Assembly (NCBI GenBank): GCA_013239625.1
Contig: MU056000.1
Span: 15,342,851 to 15,406,850, forward strand
DNA length: 64,000 nt
Source of the DNA: Lama guanicoe
Lineage: Eukaryota
Direction: 5' to 3'
Part shown: one piece after another, positions 1 through 13,990 of the stretch
Numbering within the stretch: the stretch's first letter is position 1
Layout: the number at the start of each line of letters is the position of its first letter
The notes under the pieces: model-generated
Told to the model about the DNA's origin: nothing
Databases searched by the model: none
Seen by the model: only the letters and a program-made list of their open reading frames with translations
Made by a program: the position numbers and the translations under genes

Positions 1-158
1 AACTGTATTTCGTATAATGTAGTATTCCAAGACTTGGTTGTTTATTTGCTATCCTTTTAAACTATTATGGCCTAGTTTATTTTGGAAAACTTTTGTCATT
101 CCAGGATAAGAATAAGTCTTCAAAGGAAGGAAAGTATCTACTTCTGTACTGAAATAGC

Positions 159-635
159 AACTTTATTGGTAAATCATTTATGTACAATAAACTTGACCTA
201 TTTAAAGTGTACAGTTTAATGCATTTTGGCATTTGTGTGCACCCTTGACATCACTACTACAGCCACGAAGCAGAACAAAACCAACCCAGAAAATTTTCTT
301 GGGTCTCTTTGCAGCTCATCTCATCCAGTCCTTTTGCTCCAGGAAACCTTGATCTACTTTCTTCACTATGGATATATTTATATTCCACAGCATTTTATGC
401 ACATAAAATCACATATTAGTTTCTTTGACTGAGCATAATTATTTTGAAATGTATTTATGTTGCTGCATAGATACAGTAGTTTATTCCTTTTTATTGCTGA
501 ATAGCATTCCATTGTCTGGCTAGACAATATTTTATTTATCTGTTCACCGATTGATAGACATTTGGTTCCTTTCCAGTTTGAGACTATTATGAATGGAGCT
601 GCTATGATCATTCATGTGCAGATTTGTGTATGAAA
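159..635 (-). mobile_element. Old L1 (L1MB/L1ME-like) 3' end remnant
   Basis: Starts with an antisense L1 3' terminus (actttattg...tttaaagtgtacagtt). ORF 378-611 resembles the L1 ORF2 C-terminus (IAAPFII..NWK..KCLS...MECYSAIKRN). Confidence 0.8.
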
Positions 636-1124
636 ATCCATAAAATATTTTCTTAGAGATTTATAACCCACTTCTTTAAAGACCCAATCAGTGTTTTCCA
701 ATGTGCTACCCTGAGCCAAAAGACATCAGAATTATCCTGTTAGTTATTAAAAATTTTAGATGATAAATTAAAGCCAATAAACAGAACTATAATTAGAATT
801 TGTAGAAGAATCTGCACTTTAAAAACTGTACAAATGAATCTAGCTTACACTACAACTTCAGAACTATTAAGAGAGATATTCTAAATCTTCTGTTAAATCA
901 TGCTGATCATCACATAGCAGGACACAGACATTTTCCTCCATAAAATTGCTGTCTCAAAATACATTTTGTAATTGTGCAATTGAACTATTTTAACAATATT
1001 ATAGTTGTACATAGAAAGCTTTATTGTGTTTATAACAAGAATTTGTTGAACATGTCATATAAAGTTACAAAGAATTTTAATTTTTTTTAATTTTGAGTTT
1101 GCTTTGAGAAGGTAATTAGGTCTA

Positions 1125-1245
1125 TTAATTAATTAATTAATTATCAGTTTTATGTATTTATGTACTTATTTATTTTAGTGGATGTGCTAGAGATTAAACC
1201 CATGACCTCAAGCATGCTAAGCACACACTAAGCTATACCCTCCCC
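1125..1245 (-). mobile_element. tRNA-derived SINE, camelid Vic-1-like
   Basis: Reverse complement of 1178-1245 reads ggggagggtatagcttagtgtgtgcttagcatgcttgaggtcatgggtttaatctctagcacatccac (A-box and B-box-like motifs), followed by an A-rich tail. Confidence 0.8.
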
Positions 1246-4226
1246 ACTATTAAATGTCTTAAGGAAGTATCATGGATTAACTTCCTCAGATGTCAGTAAA
1301 GATAACACTTTTTTTTTAATTAGGGAAAAGAACCCTGTAAAATTTAATTATTTACTTATACAACTGAAATTATTTGTATATCAGAAAAATGAATCACGTG
1401 TAGAATGATTGTCAACAAAGGGAAGTTTTATAAATTAAAACAAAAATGGAGAAACTCCAAGGAAAAGAGAAATGTGTAAGAATGTGCTGTTTTATTTTCC
1501 TCTCCTTTGGCAAACTGATTTGCTGAAGACTGTCAAGAAGAGCAGTTTTCCCTGGAGCAAACGGACTCAGTTAGAGGGGAAAGTAATTTCAGTTATTTAT
1601 AGGTTTCCACAGAAACCTCGTGCGTTCTATACGGTCTTGTTTTTCTCTGGGTAATGGTGTTGTTTTTCCTTCTGCTGGCACCTCCACCTCACTTAAGCCA
1701 GAATTGCACCATTTCCGTCATTTGAACTTCTTCGTGAACTGGGATATTAATTTTCTAAACAAGTTATGAATTTCGAAACTTGTTCGTATAACTAACATAC
1801 CAGTTACAAGTTTTGAAAGTCATAACTGAGCATAATTCTCTTTGTGCTTTGGCTGCCAGAAAGCTACAAGCTCATTTTGCTGGTCAGATTTTTAAACTGT
1901 ACAAATTTATTGCACACATTTCTATGCTTGGGCTCTTGCTGGTTTGATAGCACCCTGTTGTTTCTACCCTGCCAATCTCTATGTATTTTTGTACTCCATG
2001 TATTTTTGTAGTCCACCACAAATCCTTTTGGAATTATGGGAAACATTTTTAAAATGGTTTGATAACTCAAAATTTATCATTATTATTGGTATTTTTCTCT
2101 CTAATGTGCTTTTCCTTCAATGAGGCGTATATATGACAATAAATATCTTGGCCTTAAGATGTGCTTCATTCTGAGTGCCTGACAACTGAGAGAAAGATAC
2201 TGAAGGGTTCTCTGCTTTTTAAATAATAAAACATCACTGCAATAGAGGATCAGAGGAACTAGCAAAACATAGGTGGAGAAAACATTTTGAAATTAAACAG
2301 AATATACCCTACCAGCAATAGTTTGGAAATTTTCATAGTAATTCCTTAGTGCTAGCCGCTTATTCCAAGTCCAATGATAAGAAAAAGCTTTGATTAGAAT
2401 TTCTTCAGCTTACTCTGAAACCCAATAAGTAATCAAAATGCATCCTGAAGGCTTTGGAGATTCAAGAAAGCTTGCCAAAACGTTCTTATAACTCTTCTCA
2501 TGCACTAGTTAGGGATATTTCAGTTTAAAGAATAACACATCTCCTCTTTCAGTGTTTGGTACTGAAATATTCCTCTGCGTGTTTCGGCACCTCTCTCTCT
2601 CTCTCAGTACCTAAAACAGGAAAAGAAAAAGTGCAAAGAAATGCACTTTTGTTGACAGAATCAGATCATTTGTGTTTTAAATCTCTCTAGTCAAAGGACA
2701 AGATTGCGTATTATAGTGCTTACTACACTCAGAAGGAAAGGAATTTTCACCAAAAGTGGAAAATACTTATGTGACCTCTTCTCTCCAGTTAACCTATATG
2801 CTGCCAAGTAAAAGGAGGAAATCAGATCCCATTGTTTTAAGGGAATAAGATCTGTAGACATAATTCATTTCTAGTCTGCCAATCCAAGATTCATGTGGCT
2901 ACCCTAGAAAGCTGCTTTTTGAGAGCCCCTGGTAAACTCACTACTTCATAAGCCTCGTGTCTGGCTTCAAGGCTAATTGTGCATTTCTCTTTTTCACATG
3001 CCACAAAAAAGCCCAGCAGTGACTAAAAAGGCAGAATTATCATTTACAATATATTTCAAAGACTTAGTTACAATATATTTCAAATGGAGTTAGGCGTATT
3101 ATGTCATTCGGACTTTCAGATAGGATTCGAATTACCCACTTTATCATTCAATGTATGAACTGCGTGTATTTCCAAGGGAACAATTGGCAACGCACATTTG
3201 CACTACTTCCTTACAGTGCTGTCTGATGTGACATCAATTTGATGTAATTTTAGTCATAGTTAAAGTTTTTAAAATCAATTTTGAAAGAGGTTAAATGTCT
3301 TCATTTTGATTACTAGGCTTTAATTGCATTCCCAGAAAAGTTACTGAAATGCATATAACTTTTAATAACTTTGGAGAGACAAGAGATATTCTCCACAGTA
3401 ATGTAATATTCCTAGTAGATAAATGATGAACGCTTTCCAGATTATTTCACAGACAAATGTTTCTTTTTCAATAATGTCTTGTAGACCTGAATCACACCTT
3501 GATCTATTCATTGTCTTTATTAGCCATCACTTGGTACACACATACTCATGTATGCATGTAGAAGTACAAACACACTTACATATATACATGCAGACATACA
3601 TGCGTATCTATAATAAACACATACACATATCAATTAAAGCTAAACTGTTAAGCCAATTGAATTAATTGGATAGAAGTTTTATGAGCATTTTCTAAGATTA
3701 TGTCATTGTTGATTTTATTAAGGAATTAAGGAATATTTCCTGTTAGACTGTCCTGTTTTTCAAAGTCAGTTAAATTGCATGAAGCTACTTGAAAGTATTG
3801 TAGTTTATCAAACTACATTACAGTTTTATTCTGGATCTTTGAGTTGTAGAGCAATTACTACCAATGTCTTTCAAACCATTAGCTATTTCTCCTTTTCACA
3901 TTGGAGTCAACTTTTAAAATTCTAATCTGTCATTTAATAAGGTATATATTTAATTATAGCACAGTACTCAGAGATTAAATAAAATTGGAAGACTTTTTTT
4001 CCTCAGGCTAGTATTTCTTACAGTATCACATAAAATATTTTCTTTTAAATATATAGCATTTTATCTACTTTTTATTATATGAATTAATCAAGCAATATAT
4101 CTATAAAGGTAACTTTGTAACTTATAGACTGTTAATTTGACAAATTTTTTTATGACAATAAAGAGGAAAAATTAATATTGTAAGGAATAGTCACATTGTA
4201 AAAGGACAAAATGCTCAAATATTAAC

Positions 4227-4608
4227 TACATTAGTTTTCTAGGGCTTCTATAACAGACTAGGTGGCTTAAAAACAGAAATTTATTTCCCCATAATTTTGG
4301 AAGTGGAAAGTCCAAGATCAAGGCGTCAATAAGACTGGTTTCTTCCTAGACCTCGCTCCGTGGCTTGTAGATGGCCCTAATCTCCCTGTGTCTTCACATG
4401 GCCTACCCTCTGCACCCCTCTGTGTTCTAATTTCCTCTTCTTGAGGAAAAGGACACTAATCAAAACGATTGGAGTCCACCCTAATAAACTTGTTTTAACC
4501 TAATTATCTCCTGAAGGATCCAGTCTCCAAATACAGTCACATTCCATGGTACTAGGGGTTAGAGTTTTAACATGTTAATTTTTGGAGAGCACAATTCAGC
4601 TCATAACA
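4227..4608 (-). mobile_element. MaLR solo LTR (MLT1 family) with 5-bp target-site duplication
   Basis: MLT1 motifs (ttagtttt..agggct, ggtggcttaaaaacagaaatttatt, aagtccaagatcaagg, acaattcagctcataaca). TTAAC at 4222-4226 and 4609-4613. Confidence 0.88.
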
Positions 4609-7489
4609 TTAACAATGAGATTCACATACTAATCCAAGATAGGTTTATGCATAGGCTTAATACTTAGGCACTTTTTCCGTACAGCCTTTGAGCATTGATT
4701 TTCCTGATGTGACTTTTGCTCATCTCTGCTTTGTAGATCAAGGAGTAGCAAAACTCTTCTGTAGTTTATTTGATGAAATTTCTGGTTCCAAAGTGAGATA
4801 TCTGGAATTATTAGTGAGCAAATTCAGGTGAATCATCTAACAGCTGAAAAATCGTATTTCATTAGAATCATATATTTTAGGTTCTCTTTGAAAATATCAA
4901 GTTCCTATATGCCCATTATTATATTGTTCTCTGTCTTCTATGTCTTCTGAATTATAAACATCTATATATATTATCTATGTCTATAATGCATGTCTTTGTG
5001 TGTATACTATACATATATGTAATTTATACATAAGATACGAAGATATATACCTTGTACACATATCGCATATGTATATGTGTATAATATATAAATTACCACT
5101 AGGACATAAGTCTACTTTGCTTTTCTTGTTAATTTTTTTAACCAAAGCAATATATGTATACTTCTAAAATAAGGTTCTATATTCATTAGAACATATTAGA
5201 GAAAATATCACACAAATGAATACACTGTTTACTATGAATACATAGCAAAGCACCTGGTAATGAGTGGACAACACCATAAAACACTTAATATATGGCATTC
5301 TATGGATAAATCATTAAATGAATGAGGTAATAGAGAACCATGATCCAATAGAAAAAAAAAAAATCAAAAACTAATGCTACCTGGATCCTGGAGTGAGGAG
5401 ACAGGAAAAAAGCCACAGCCTAACCTACCAAATCCTTCAGATTTGTGGTCTGTGAGATGTTTATTGCAATGACAGAATTGAGCTATCTTGATGTATAAAA
5501 TAACTAATTGGGGAAAAGTAGTTGTTATTTACGTAACCTTTCATCTTAAGTCAGCACATGTTTCCCTAAAAGTGGCTTTTTCTTTTTTTTGGCCCTTGGA
5601 GACACATTAAATTATTATTTGATAAAATCAACACGTTTCTAAAGATACTGGTGGATGGGACAAGAGTAGAATACAAAAAAGACCTATTTGACAGAATCGG
5701 AAAGAAGAGAAGATAAAAACATAACCATGCTCTGAACAAAGAGTTGAAGTGAAATGAAGCAAAGATCATGGGCGAAACATGGGCATGTTATTACTTAATA
5801 TGCTGTATTTTCAAACAGTTGAAAAATATGAGGGGAGATAGAACCCCAGGGGGAAAAAAGGGTTTCAGATTTGCTGAAATTAACAAATTATTTTTGTCTT
5901 AACTTTTCTATGTCTCATTAGCCTCACGGGTAAAATGAATCAAACATTCCTTTCATAGAGTGTTTCGAGGTTTATTCCAGCCGATGTGTATAAAATGCCA
6001 AGGTCATATTTGATACTCAGTAAAGCTCAGTTTTATCTTGGATAATGTTTATTGAATTAAGGTATATACAGACCAATTCTAAAATAATTGAGCCAAATAT
6101 AAATATTACATGAACATTTAAATAGGAAATCCCAGTGTAAGGATACTTCAATAGATAGGCGATGGTAGAAAAATAAAGGCCACTTCACTTTTCTCTGTGT
6201 GTATAATTTGGACAGCAGTAATAAAATAACGCCGAATGTTGCCTTTATTCTCAGTGGAAAAAAAATAAATAGTAATTTTTTGAAGATTTTCAGATAACCA
6301 CCTGTGTTGAAAGAAAGGTTAACTGTCAAATGAGATTCACAGTCATTCTCCCACCGAACCACTAATTCAAATGAAACACACAAGTAGCAAACACAGGGAA
6401 CTTCCCTGCTCTGGAGGAATTGAAAATGTTTGATGCAACTTCTCTCTCTCTTTTTTTTTAATTCCCCGCTGAAAGAGGTTGCAGTTTCCTCTTAACAGAA
6501 GTTTTTGAGCAATTGGCCACAGAAAAAAGCTGTTTTGATGTCAAAACTTTTTTGTATGCTCAGTTAAATAGGAATAGGCTCATATTACTACGTTCTAGTC
6601 TGCAGCCAGCCATACGTCACAAATCCATAACTTCTAAGTTTACATTAAACAATATACATAAACTAGATACATCACGCTAAAAGTATCTTATAGATAGGAG
6701 CTTCCAGTGTTTTCTAATAGTAAGTACCATAAACATTTTTATAAGGATAACTAGTTAGGATCATCTAACTAGTAAACAGGGAGTGTTACAGAACTACTGT
6801 GAAAACTTTGTTCCTATTGGCATTTCAATTGTATGAAAGCCAAGTTATTAAATGATTATCAAGCCAGTCTAATGTGTCAGGCATCACAGACTTCCTCTAT
6901 CCCTAGTCTAACATTTCATGAAATCGCTGAAGTATGTTCAGAAAAATGTATAGTTTTAGCAATTTGTTTTATCAAAACTCAGCTAGTTCTTCATTTCTTT
7001 TGAGTGATCCTCTGTTGACACCTGATTCCATGTCTAAGTGCCAACAGTGACTTTCTAAGCTACAAATAAAATAGCGTTTTTCTTATTGTTCTTTTCAACT
7101 TTGTCACTGAAAACAATGTGTCTTGGTTTATTGCATCTTAATGCACACACTTGTCCTAGGACTAATTCTGTCTTAATGCCAAACTTCTACTTTTAATACC
7201 TTCCCAGTCTGTGTCTCCAGGAGGTTTACTGCCAGTTTCCTCTATGCCCCATAACCTCCCATCCTTACCCACCTCCAGTACACACCAGAAATAGAATGAC
7301 TAGCCGTGTATCATGGCATTATCCCCACTTCTATATCATTTCATCATTATTTTCCTTGTACAAATATTTAAAACTCAAAACCATTTATTCTCTCTCTTCC
7401 CTGGCCTCATTTTCTGAAAGAGATCTTTTCGTTTACTTGGATATCTCTAGGACTCTAAACATCGGTTCTCTCCTATTCCTTCCACACTG

Positions 7490-7590
7490 GTCTGCAGTGC
7501 AGTATAATAGATGGAAGGCAGGCTTTGGGGTCAACATGTTCTTCGCTCACGTGCCAGACCTTCCACTTATTACTGTGTGAACTTTATCCC
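7490..7590 (+). mobile_element. MIR fragment
   Basis: gcagtgcagtata...ggctttggggtca...ttccacttattactgtgtgaactt resembles the MIR 5' half. Confidence 0.5.
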
Positions 7591-8815
7591 TCAGAACACA
7601 AGATGCTCAGTAGCTGTCCTTTCCCATCCTTACTGGAAACGTTCCACTGACCTGATCAAGACTCTACTTTCTCCCCTAGGCCACTGAATAAAATCCAAAT
7701 AAAATGATCTTTCTACCCTCATGTTCTCATACTTCTTTAAATAGATCTTGAACTTCAGTCACTTCCTTTTATTCACCTTTCCTGAAACACTCTTCACTAA
7801 AACCAATTAAGCTATGTTTATAATTTCTCATTTTTGCAAAACAATTACATTAAGCTTTCCAAAAGAAGGTTTTGCTATTATTTCAATTATTTCCATTAAG
7901 CAAGCCTTTTACAATGTAATAAACATAGCACTTCTATGATAACTAGCCAAATAAGGCAAATATTTTTAATCAAGAAAAAAACATTTAGTAATAAATTAAT
8001 GCATTTGATTAAGCAGAAGAGGTTGCAGTAAATGTTTCTTTAATTTAAAACAAAGGTAATTACCCTTTTGCAAATCCCAAGATAGCTGCTGTCTCTAGCT
8101 CACCTTCCTTCCTTGTCTTTGAAATGAGCCGTAGCCATTGGCTTCTACCTCCTAATGTGGTTACTTTATCATCAACCACCTCAAATTTGTCAAACCTCTG
8201 TTTCAGTAACTCAAAACCTCCAGCAAGAGTTGGGGTGATACTTGATAACAGTGACCATAGATAGTGGCTTCAATGATGGGGCCAAGAAAAGGACATCCAA
8301 GGAAATGGCAGTCCAGGCTCTGGGGATTGGCAGTAAAAATCACTTTGTAAGAAGGTGAGCATTAATTATGCCTGGACCTACATTGCTGCATTTATTTCAG
8401 ATATACATTTGTGCTGATGGAAAAACTACAAGTGTTCACTGGGTTATTAAATTCTTTACCACCTAGATAGATCTTTGCATAAACCCATGAATTCTCTTTG
8501 ACTCCTACTTGGACAGTGTGTCAAAGAGGAAGAACGAATCAATAGGTATGGATTAGAGACATATTCTGGCCTGATGTAGCTCTACAATGCCCCTGAAATA
8601 AGACTAGCAAATTATCTAACCAGCAGTTAGTTCTAACTGCTCAAAAAACTTGCCAGGTAAATTATGATTTTTGCATCACCATGATTCTAAGTATGTAGCT
8701 TATGAATATACACTTCCACTCTGAAATTTACTGTATTTACTAAAATGTGAAGGTTGCATCATCCAGTGGGAAAAGAGCTAAATAAAGATCCAGAAGAAAT
8801 TCATAATTTAAACTA

Positions 8816-9026
8816 CAGTTGACCTTGAACAATATCGAGGGTCATGGGGGCTGACTTCCCCTTGCAGTGGAAAATCTGTGTATAACTTAAGTTGTCCTCC
8901 ACATACACACTTCCCCACCCTGGGATTCAACCAGCCACAGTGTAGCACTATAGTATTTATTATGGAAAAAAGTCTGTGTATGAATAGACATGTGTAGTTC
9001 AAACCATGTTGTTCAAGGGCCAACTG
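8816..9026. mobile_element. Tigger2-derived MITE (MER8/Tigger2a-like)
   Basis: Terminal inverted repeats cagttgaccttgaacaa and ttgttcaagggccaactg. TA on the left flank; right flank is TT. Confidence 0.88.
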
Positions 9027-9287
9027 TTCTCTGATTCTAAGAATAACTTCATCTCTGCAATAAGATATTGAAAACTTGTGAATATTTTTCATACAGCAGT
9101 TATAAGGGATTAAAAGAGATTTATTTAGTATTTTAAAGTGCTTTATTAAATAATTTCATGATGGACCTTATTATCAGTATGCAGTCATCACACACAGTAG
9201 ACTGCTATTTTTTTAAAAAAAGTTAATGAGCTTTGTTTCTATTAGGTTATATGAAAGGGAAGACAGGAACTACATTTTGTTAAATAT

Positions 9288-9870
9288 TGTATTTGTTTTC
9301 TTTTTCTATATAACAAATCATCAAAAATTTGGTGGTTTAAAACAATATCCATTTACTATATCAAAGTTCTGTATAGTTCAGAAGTCTGGATGGGCACCAC
9401 TGGGTCTTTGGTTTAGTGTCAAGCAAACAGGATTTGGGGAGAAAAATCCACTTCCAAGCGAATTCAGGCTGTTAGCCAAGTTTGCAGTTTGGCTAAGCTG
9501 TGATTTCAGGACTGAGATCCCCACTTCCCTGATGGCTGTGGGTTGAGAACCACTTTTCCCTCCAGAGTCTACCTGATCCCTTGTCCTGTGGCCCCCTCCA
9601 TCTTCCAGGCAGTGACAGTGCACTAAATCCCTTCTGTACTTCGCGTCTCTGACGTTCTGTTTTACCATCAGCTAGAGCAAATTCTGTTTTTTAAAGAGTT
9701 TACCTAATTGAGCCAGGACCACTTGGATAATCTCGGTATTTATAGGTCAACTCTCTTGAGTCTTTACTTACACCTGTAAAATCATCTTATAGCAGCTCTT
9801 AGTTTCACGTTTTACTCAATAAACAACAATCTTGGGAGGTGGGGCTCATCTTTAAAAGTCTGCCTGAACA
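9288..9870 (-). mobile_element. MaLR LTR (MLT1D/E/F-like)
   Basis: tgtatttgttttc...ggtggtttaaaacaa...gttcagaagtctgg...ggataatctc...ctgcctgaaca. Accounts for ORFs 9226-9546 and 9378-9668. Confidence 0.8.
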
Positions 9871-10849
9871 TTCTACCCTAAGCATTTACTCTTTGGGAGA
9901 CAATTAAATAAAGACCATGCCAAAGTCATTGCTGTTAGGCCCTTTAGAAGATTAGAAAATTGAGGCTTATTGTTTTTTTTGTTTTTTGGGTTTTTTTTGC
10001 TTGGGATGAGTCCATTTCGCTGAATCTGAATTTAATCCCAGGCATGAGGTTCTAAGGTAAATCAAAGCACAGGTTTTGGCAAATAAACAAGGTATTTAAG
10101 AAGAAGTAAAACAAACTATTTTTACTAAGCTGCATTGTATGTCTATATTAAAAATGATTAATTCTAATACGTATTTTTACAATAGAAAAGTGAAGAAACC
10201 CAAGAGCTTAAAGACATTTTTCTTTTTGCTCTGCTCTTCACATTGTCTGCCAGTTTTGTAACCTGATAGCACTTGTTAAAAGGCTTAAGCCTTGCTTCTA
10301 AATCTTTTACTTTCTTAATTGTGGCTCCTTTCCATGGGTTTTATGCTATACAGGGCTCGTTTCAATTTACTGGTTTGTGGCATTTTCAGATTTCAAGCAC
10401 CCAGTCAGTTTTGAAGGATTAGAAACTTAAGCTTCTTAATGTGTTTCCTGAAAAAAAGCTTCTCTTAGAAGGAAGCGGGGGGACCTATTTGGACTGTTTT
10501 TTAGCGTATACAACCTTTGGGTCCTTCTAATGAGTATCCATGGATTTTTATTTCATTATCTGTTCTTAAAATCATTTAAAACTCTTTAAATAAGACGTAA
10601 TCACTTAAAATATCTTGATATATTTGATACCTCCTCCTTATACCAAATTTAATTGACAAATTCATACAAATACATAAACCAGAGATGGAGGAAGAGGAGA
10701 AAGAGTAAACTTTAATTATATCTCTAAATTTAATGTTTAATAGGTATTCATAACTAATTTGATTAAAAAAAATGTATCTTGCCCTGTATGTGATTGTTCT
10801 TTGTTTTGTGTGTATGTGGGACTTTTTCTTTTTTATTAGTTGTCATGTC

Positions 10850-11716
10850 TCTTTATTGAGAAATTAAAAAGATATAGGCCATAAAGTTTATCAGTTGTAA
10901 CTTTCATTCAGTGACTCTTATTGGATGCATACTGTTGTGCAACTGTAATAACAAACCAAGTTTGGAATATCTGTCTCCCTGAAATATTCTGAGGTTTCTG
11001 TTGGCAGTCTGTCCCAGCTCGCACTTCCAGTGCCAGGCAACCAGATAACTATTGATTTTTATAAATACATGTACATATATGTGCTATGTATGCACACACA
11101 CTTTTTGTTTCTTTCTAGAAATTTTATTTAAATGGAATAATATAATACATAGCCATTTCAGGTTGAGTTTTTCTCTTCACACAATATTTTTGAGATTTAT
11201 CCATGTTGCTACATGTATCTGTGGTCTGTTCCTTTTTATTGCTCAGTAGTATACCATTGTACTGATATACTATATTTTGTTTATCCATTTACCCATTGAT
11301 GACTATTTAGATGTTTCCAGTTTTTTTCTATGAATGTTTGCTACAAGACTTTGTGTGGACATATGTTTTAATTTTGCTAGGGTAGATACCTGGATCATAT
11401 ACAAGCACATGTTTAACTTTTTTAAGAAACTGTCAAAATATCTTCCAAAGGGACCATACATTTTGTGTTTTATCAGCAACATATAGGAGTTTTGGTTTCT
11501 TCACAACTTACCAATACTTGGTATTAACTGTATTTTGATTTATAGCCCTTCTTCTCAATGGCAATGCTGTCTTGTTTTGGTTTTAATAAGCATTTTCCTA
11601 CTGACTAATGATGTTGAACATCTTTTTATGTGAATAGATATTTGTATGTTTTCTTTGATAAAATGTCCACACAATCTTTGCCCATCTTTTATTTTGTTTT
11701 GGTTTGTTTTCCTCTT
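10850..11716 (-). mobile_element. Old L1 (L1MB-like) 3' remnant
   Basis: Antisense L1 motifs (tttgagatttatccatgttgct, aagaaactgtcaaaa, actaatgatgttgaacatctttt). ORF 11555-11758 contains HIKRCSTSL, an L1 ORF2-like motif. Confidence 0.85.
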
Positions 11717-11889
11717 ATTATCTAGGTGGGCAAAGATAAACTCGGGGGTCCTTATCAAAGAGAAGCAGGAAAGTCAGTGAGAGGAGAAGGTGTGTTGAAG
11801 GAAGCAGTAGTCTGATCGATCTCATTGCTGGGAGAGGACAGAGAGCCAGGTAACGTGGGCTCTCTCTAAAAGCTGTTTTTCCCGTAGTA

Positions 11890-12053
11890 TTGTGTCCCAA
11901 AAAGTGGCCACAGGCCATTTGCATCAACATCACCTATAATTCTTATTTTTGAATGAACTGAGATCACATCTGTAAGCTTCATCAGTGGATTTGGGTGAGG
12001 GTTTCAAATCACTCCAGGTGATTCTCATTCACCCATAAGTTTGGTACCCACTC
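11890..12053. mobile_element. hAT-Charlie MER5-like remnant
   Basis: gcatcaacatcacct...ctccaggtgattctcatt...aagtttggtacccact. Confidence 0.55.
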
Positions 12054-12394
12054 TTCTACAGAAAACTACAGTCTTAATACTCTACATCCAACATAGACCT
12101 CAACTCCCAATCTCGTTCATAGTATTAGGCTGGTCAGAGAAGGTAGCAACAGGGGGTCATCCCTGGCTCTTCTCTCTCAGATTTTAGCTGCCTTACCTTA
12201 TACTTTATTTCTTTAATCTGATATTGTCATGTCTGATGCTAGCACCTAAACTCAGACTTCCATTGTGAATGCAAATGAGGCTACTTAGTCCATTTTTTGC
12301 CACTGCTGCCATAGATTTTTAAAAATATGATAGAATGGATGACATTTTGATAGTATTAACAGATAATGTTTTTCTCTTTTTCTTCCTACGTGAC

Positions 12395-12748
12395 AGTCTC
12401 AGTCTGTTTGGGCTGCTATGACAAATTACCATAGACTGGATGACTTAAAAATGGAAATTTATTTTTCACAGTTCAGTAGGCTGGAAAGTTCAAGATCAAG
12501 TTGACAGACGATTCTTTGTGTGGTGAGGGCCCACTTCCTGATTTATAGACGGCCACCTTCTCACTTTGTCCTCACACGGCAGAAGGGGCAAGGGAACTCT
12601 CTGAGGTCTCTTTTATTAGGGCACGAATCCCATTCATAAGGGCTCCACCCTTGTGACTTAATCACCTACCAAAGACTCCAACTCCTAATATCATCACATT
12701 AGAAATTAGGATTTCAGCTTTGTGAGAAGCAAACATTTAATAACTGCA
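12395..12748 (-). mobile_element. MaLR solo LTR (MLT1A-like)
   Basis: gtctcagtctgtttgggctgctatgacaaattaccatagactgg...ggctccacccttgtgacttaatcacct. Confidence 0.88.
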
Positions 12749-12813
12749 CTCCCTTTTATTCTGCAATCAATCCTCATTTGGACTAATGGACATGAATCCT
12801 CAGTACTTTAAAG

Positions 12814-12983
12814 CAGCTTCTAAAACCGCAGCACCTAGATCTGCTTCTTGGATCACCTGGGAACTAGTCCAATTCCTAGGCCTCACTCGGACTTGCTAAA
12901 TCAGAAACTCTGGGGATGGAATCCAGCCATCAGTGTTTTCAGAAGTCCTCTAAGTGCTGTATACTCCAGCTTGAGACCCACTG
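12814..12983. mobile_element. MER5A-like hAT MITE
   Basis: atcacctgggaact...aaatcagaaactctggggatgg...ttgagacccactg. Confidence 0.78.
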
Positions 12984-13589
12984 CTGTGTAGAAAATTTGC
13001 CACAACCAAACCACAAGACAAACTCACTTAATTTTTGGATTTTAATAATTTAAATAAAAATTCCAGTGGCAGAGTACCTATGGCCTCACAGGAAGCTCAC
13101 TTTCCCTTTGGCTCCCTAGTTTCACTTTTCCTCCTGTCTCTTATTCATGTTGTGGACTACTGAGAATTCCAAAGGCAAGAGAAGAATGAGAACTACTTCT
13201 CTCTCAGATTAGCTGTTCCCCAGTAGTTAGGATGTGGTGGTTCAGCTTCATAGTTCATCACATTATGAAATATTCTTCTCTACCAAAGTAGCAGGTGTAA
13301 TTCTGTTTAACCTTTAAGCCTTGCCGTGTGTTGGCAACTTTCTCCTAAGGCACTGAACCTGTGATTTTCTGGTTGAGGATCTCAGTGACTTCTTCTGGAA
13401 TAAAATATTCAGAAAAGGGAAAGCATAGAGGGTCTTCATCCCAAAGGTCAAAGATTGAGTCCACAAATAGGAACAAGAGAAGATAGAAGAGACAATTTAA
13501 TGTTATACCCACTTAAAAACTATTATTCCAAAATTCATTGGTCAATGTGATGAGTGAGCAGGGTATGATCTCATACAAACCTACATTAC

Positions 13590-13990
13590 TGCAGAATAAG
13601 TTTGCACGTGAGTGATAATCAAACCATCCACTTAAACAAGATAGAAATTTTTCTGTCACATAGAACAGCCTGGAAGTAGATGATCTAAAGATGGTAGGGT
13701 GTGGCATCTTGTTTTTTTCACTCAATTCTACATATAGCTTCCATTTGAAGTTTCAGGAACGCTTTGTTTGAGCTTCAGCTATTAAGTCCACATATTCCCT
13801 AGCAGGAGGAGAAAAAGACCAAGAAAGCCATTTCTCTTCCCTTTGAGAACAAGTTTTTCTCACCACTTCTACTAAGATTTCCTTAACCAGAACTTAACCA
13901 CATGACTGACTGTGAAAAATATGGGCTTCACCCACCTCAATATGCAGCCACTTAGCCACAAGAATAATTGAAGTTTCTGTAAGGAAGTAA
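13590..13990. mobile_element. Degenerate MLT1 (MLT1J/K-like) LTR
   Basis: cttaaacaagatagaaatt, and cacttctactaagatttccttaaccagaacttaaccacatgac. Confidence 0.5.

Noticed and set aside
1178..1245. tRNA-like sequence
   Set aside because: Degenerate, with an internal deletion and an A-rich tail; a SINE, not a tRNA gene.
3044..3084. 17-bp direct repeat (ttacaatatatttcaaa) separated by 7 nt
   Set aside because: Only two copies; a local micro-duplication, not an array.
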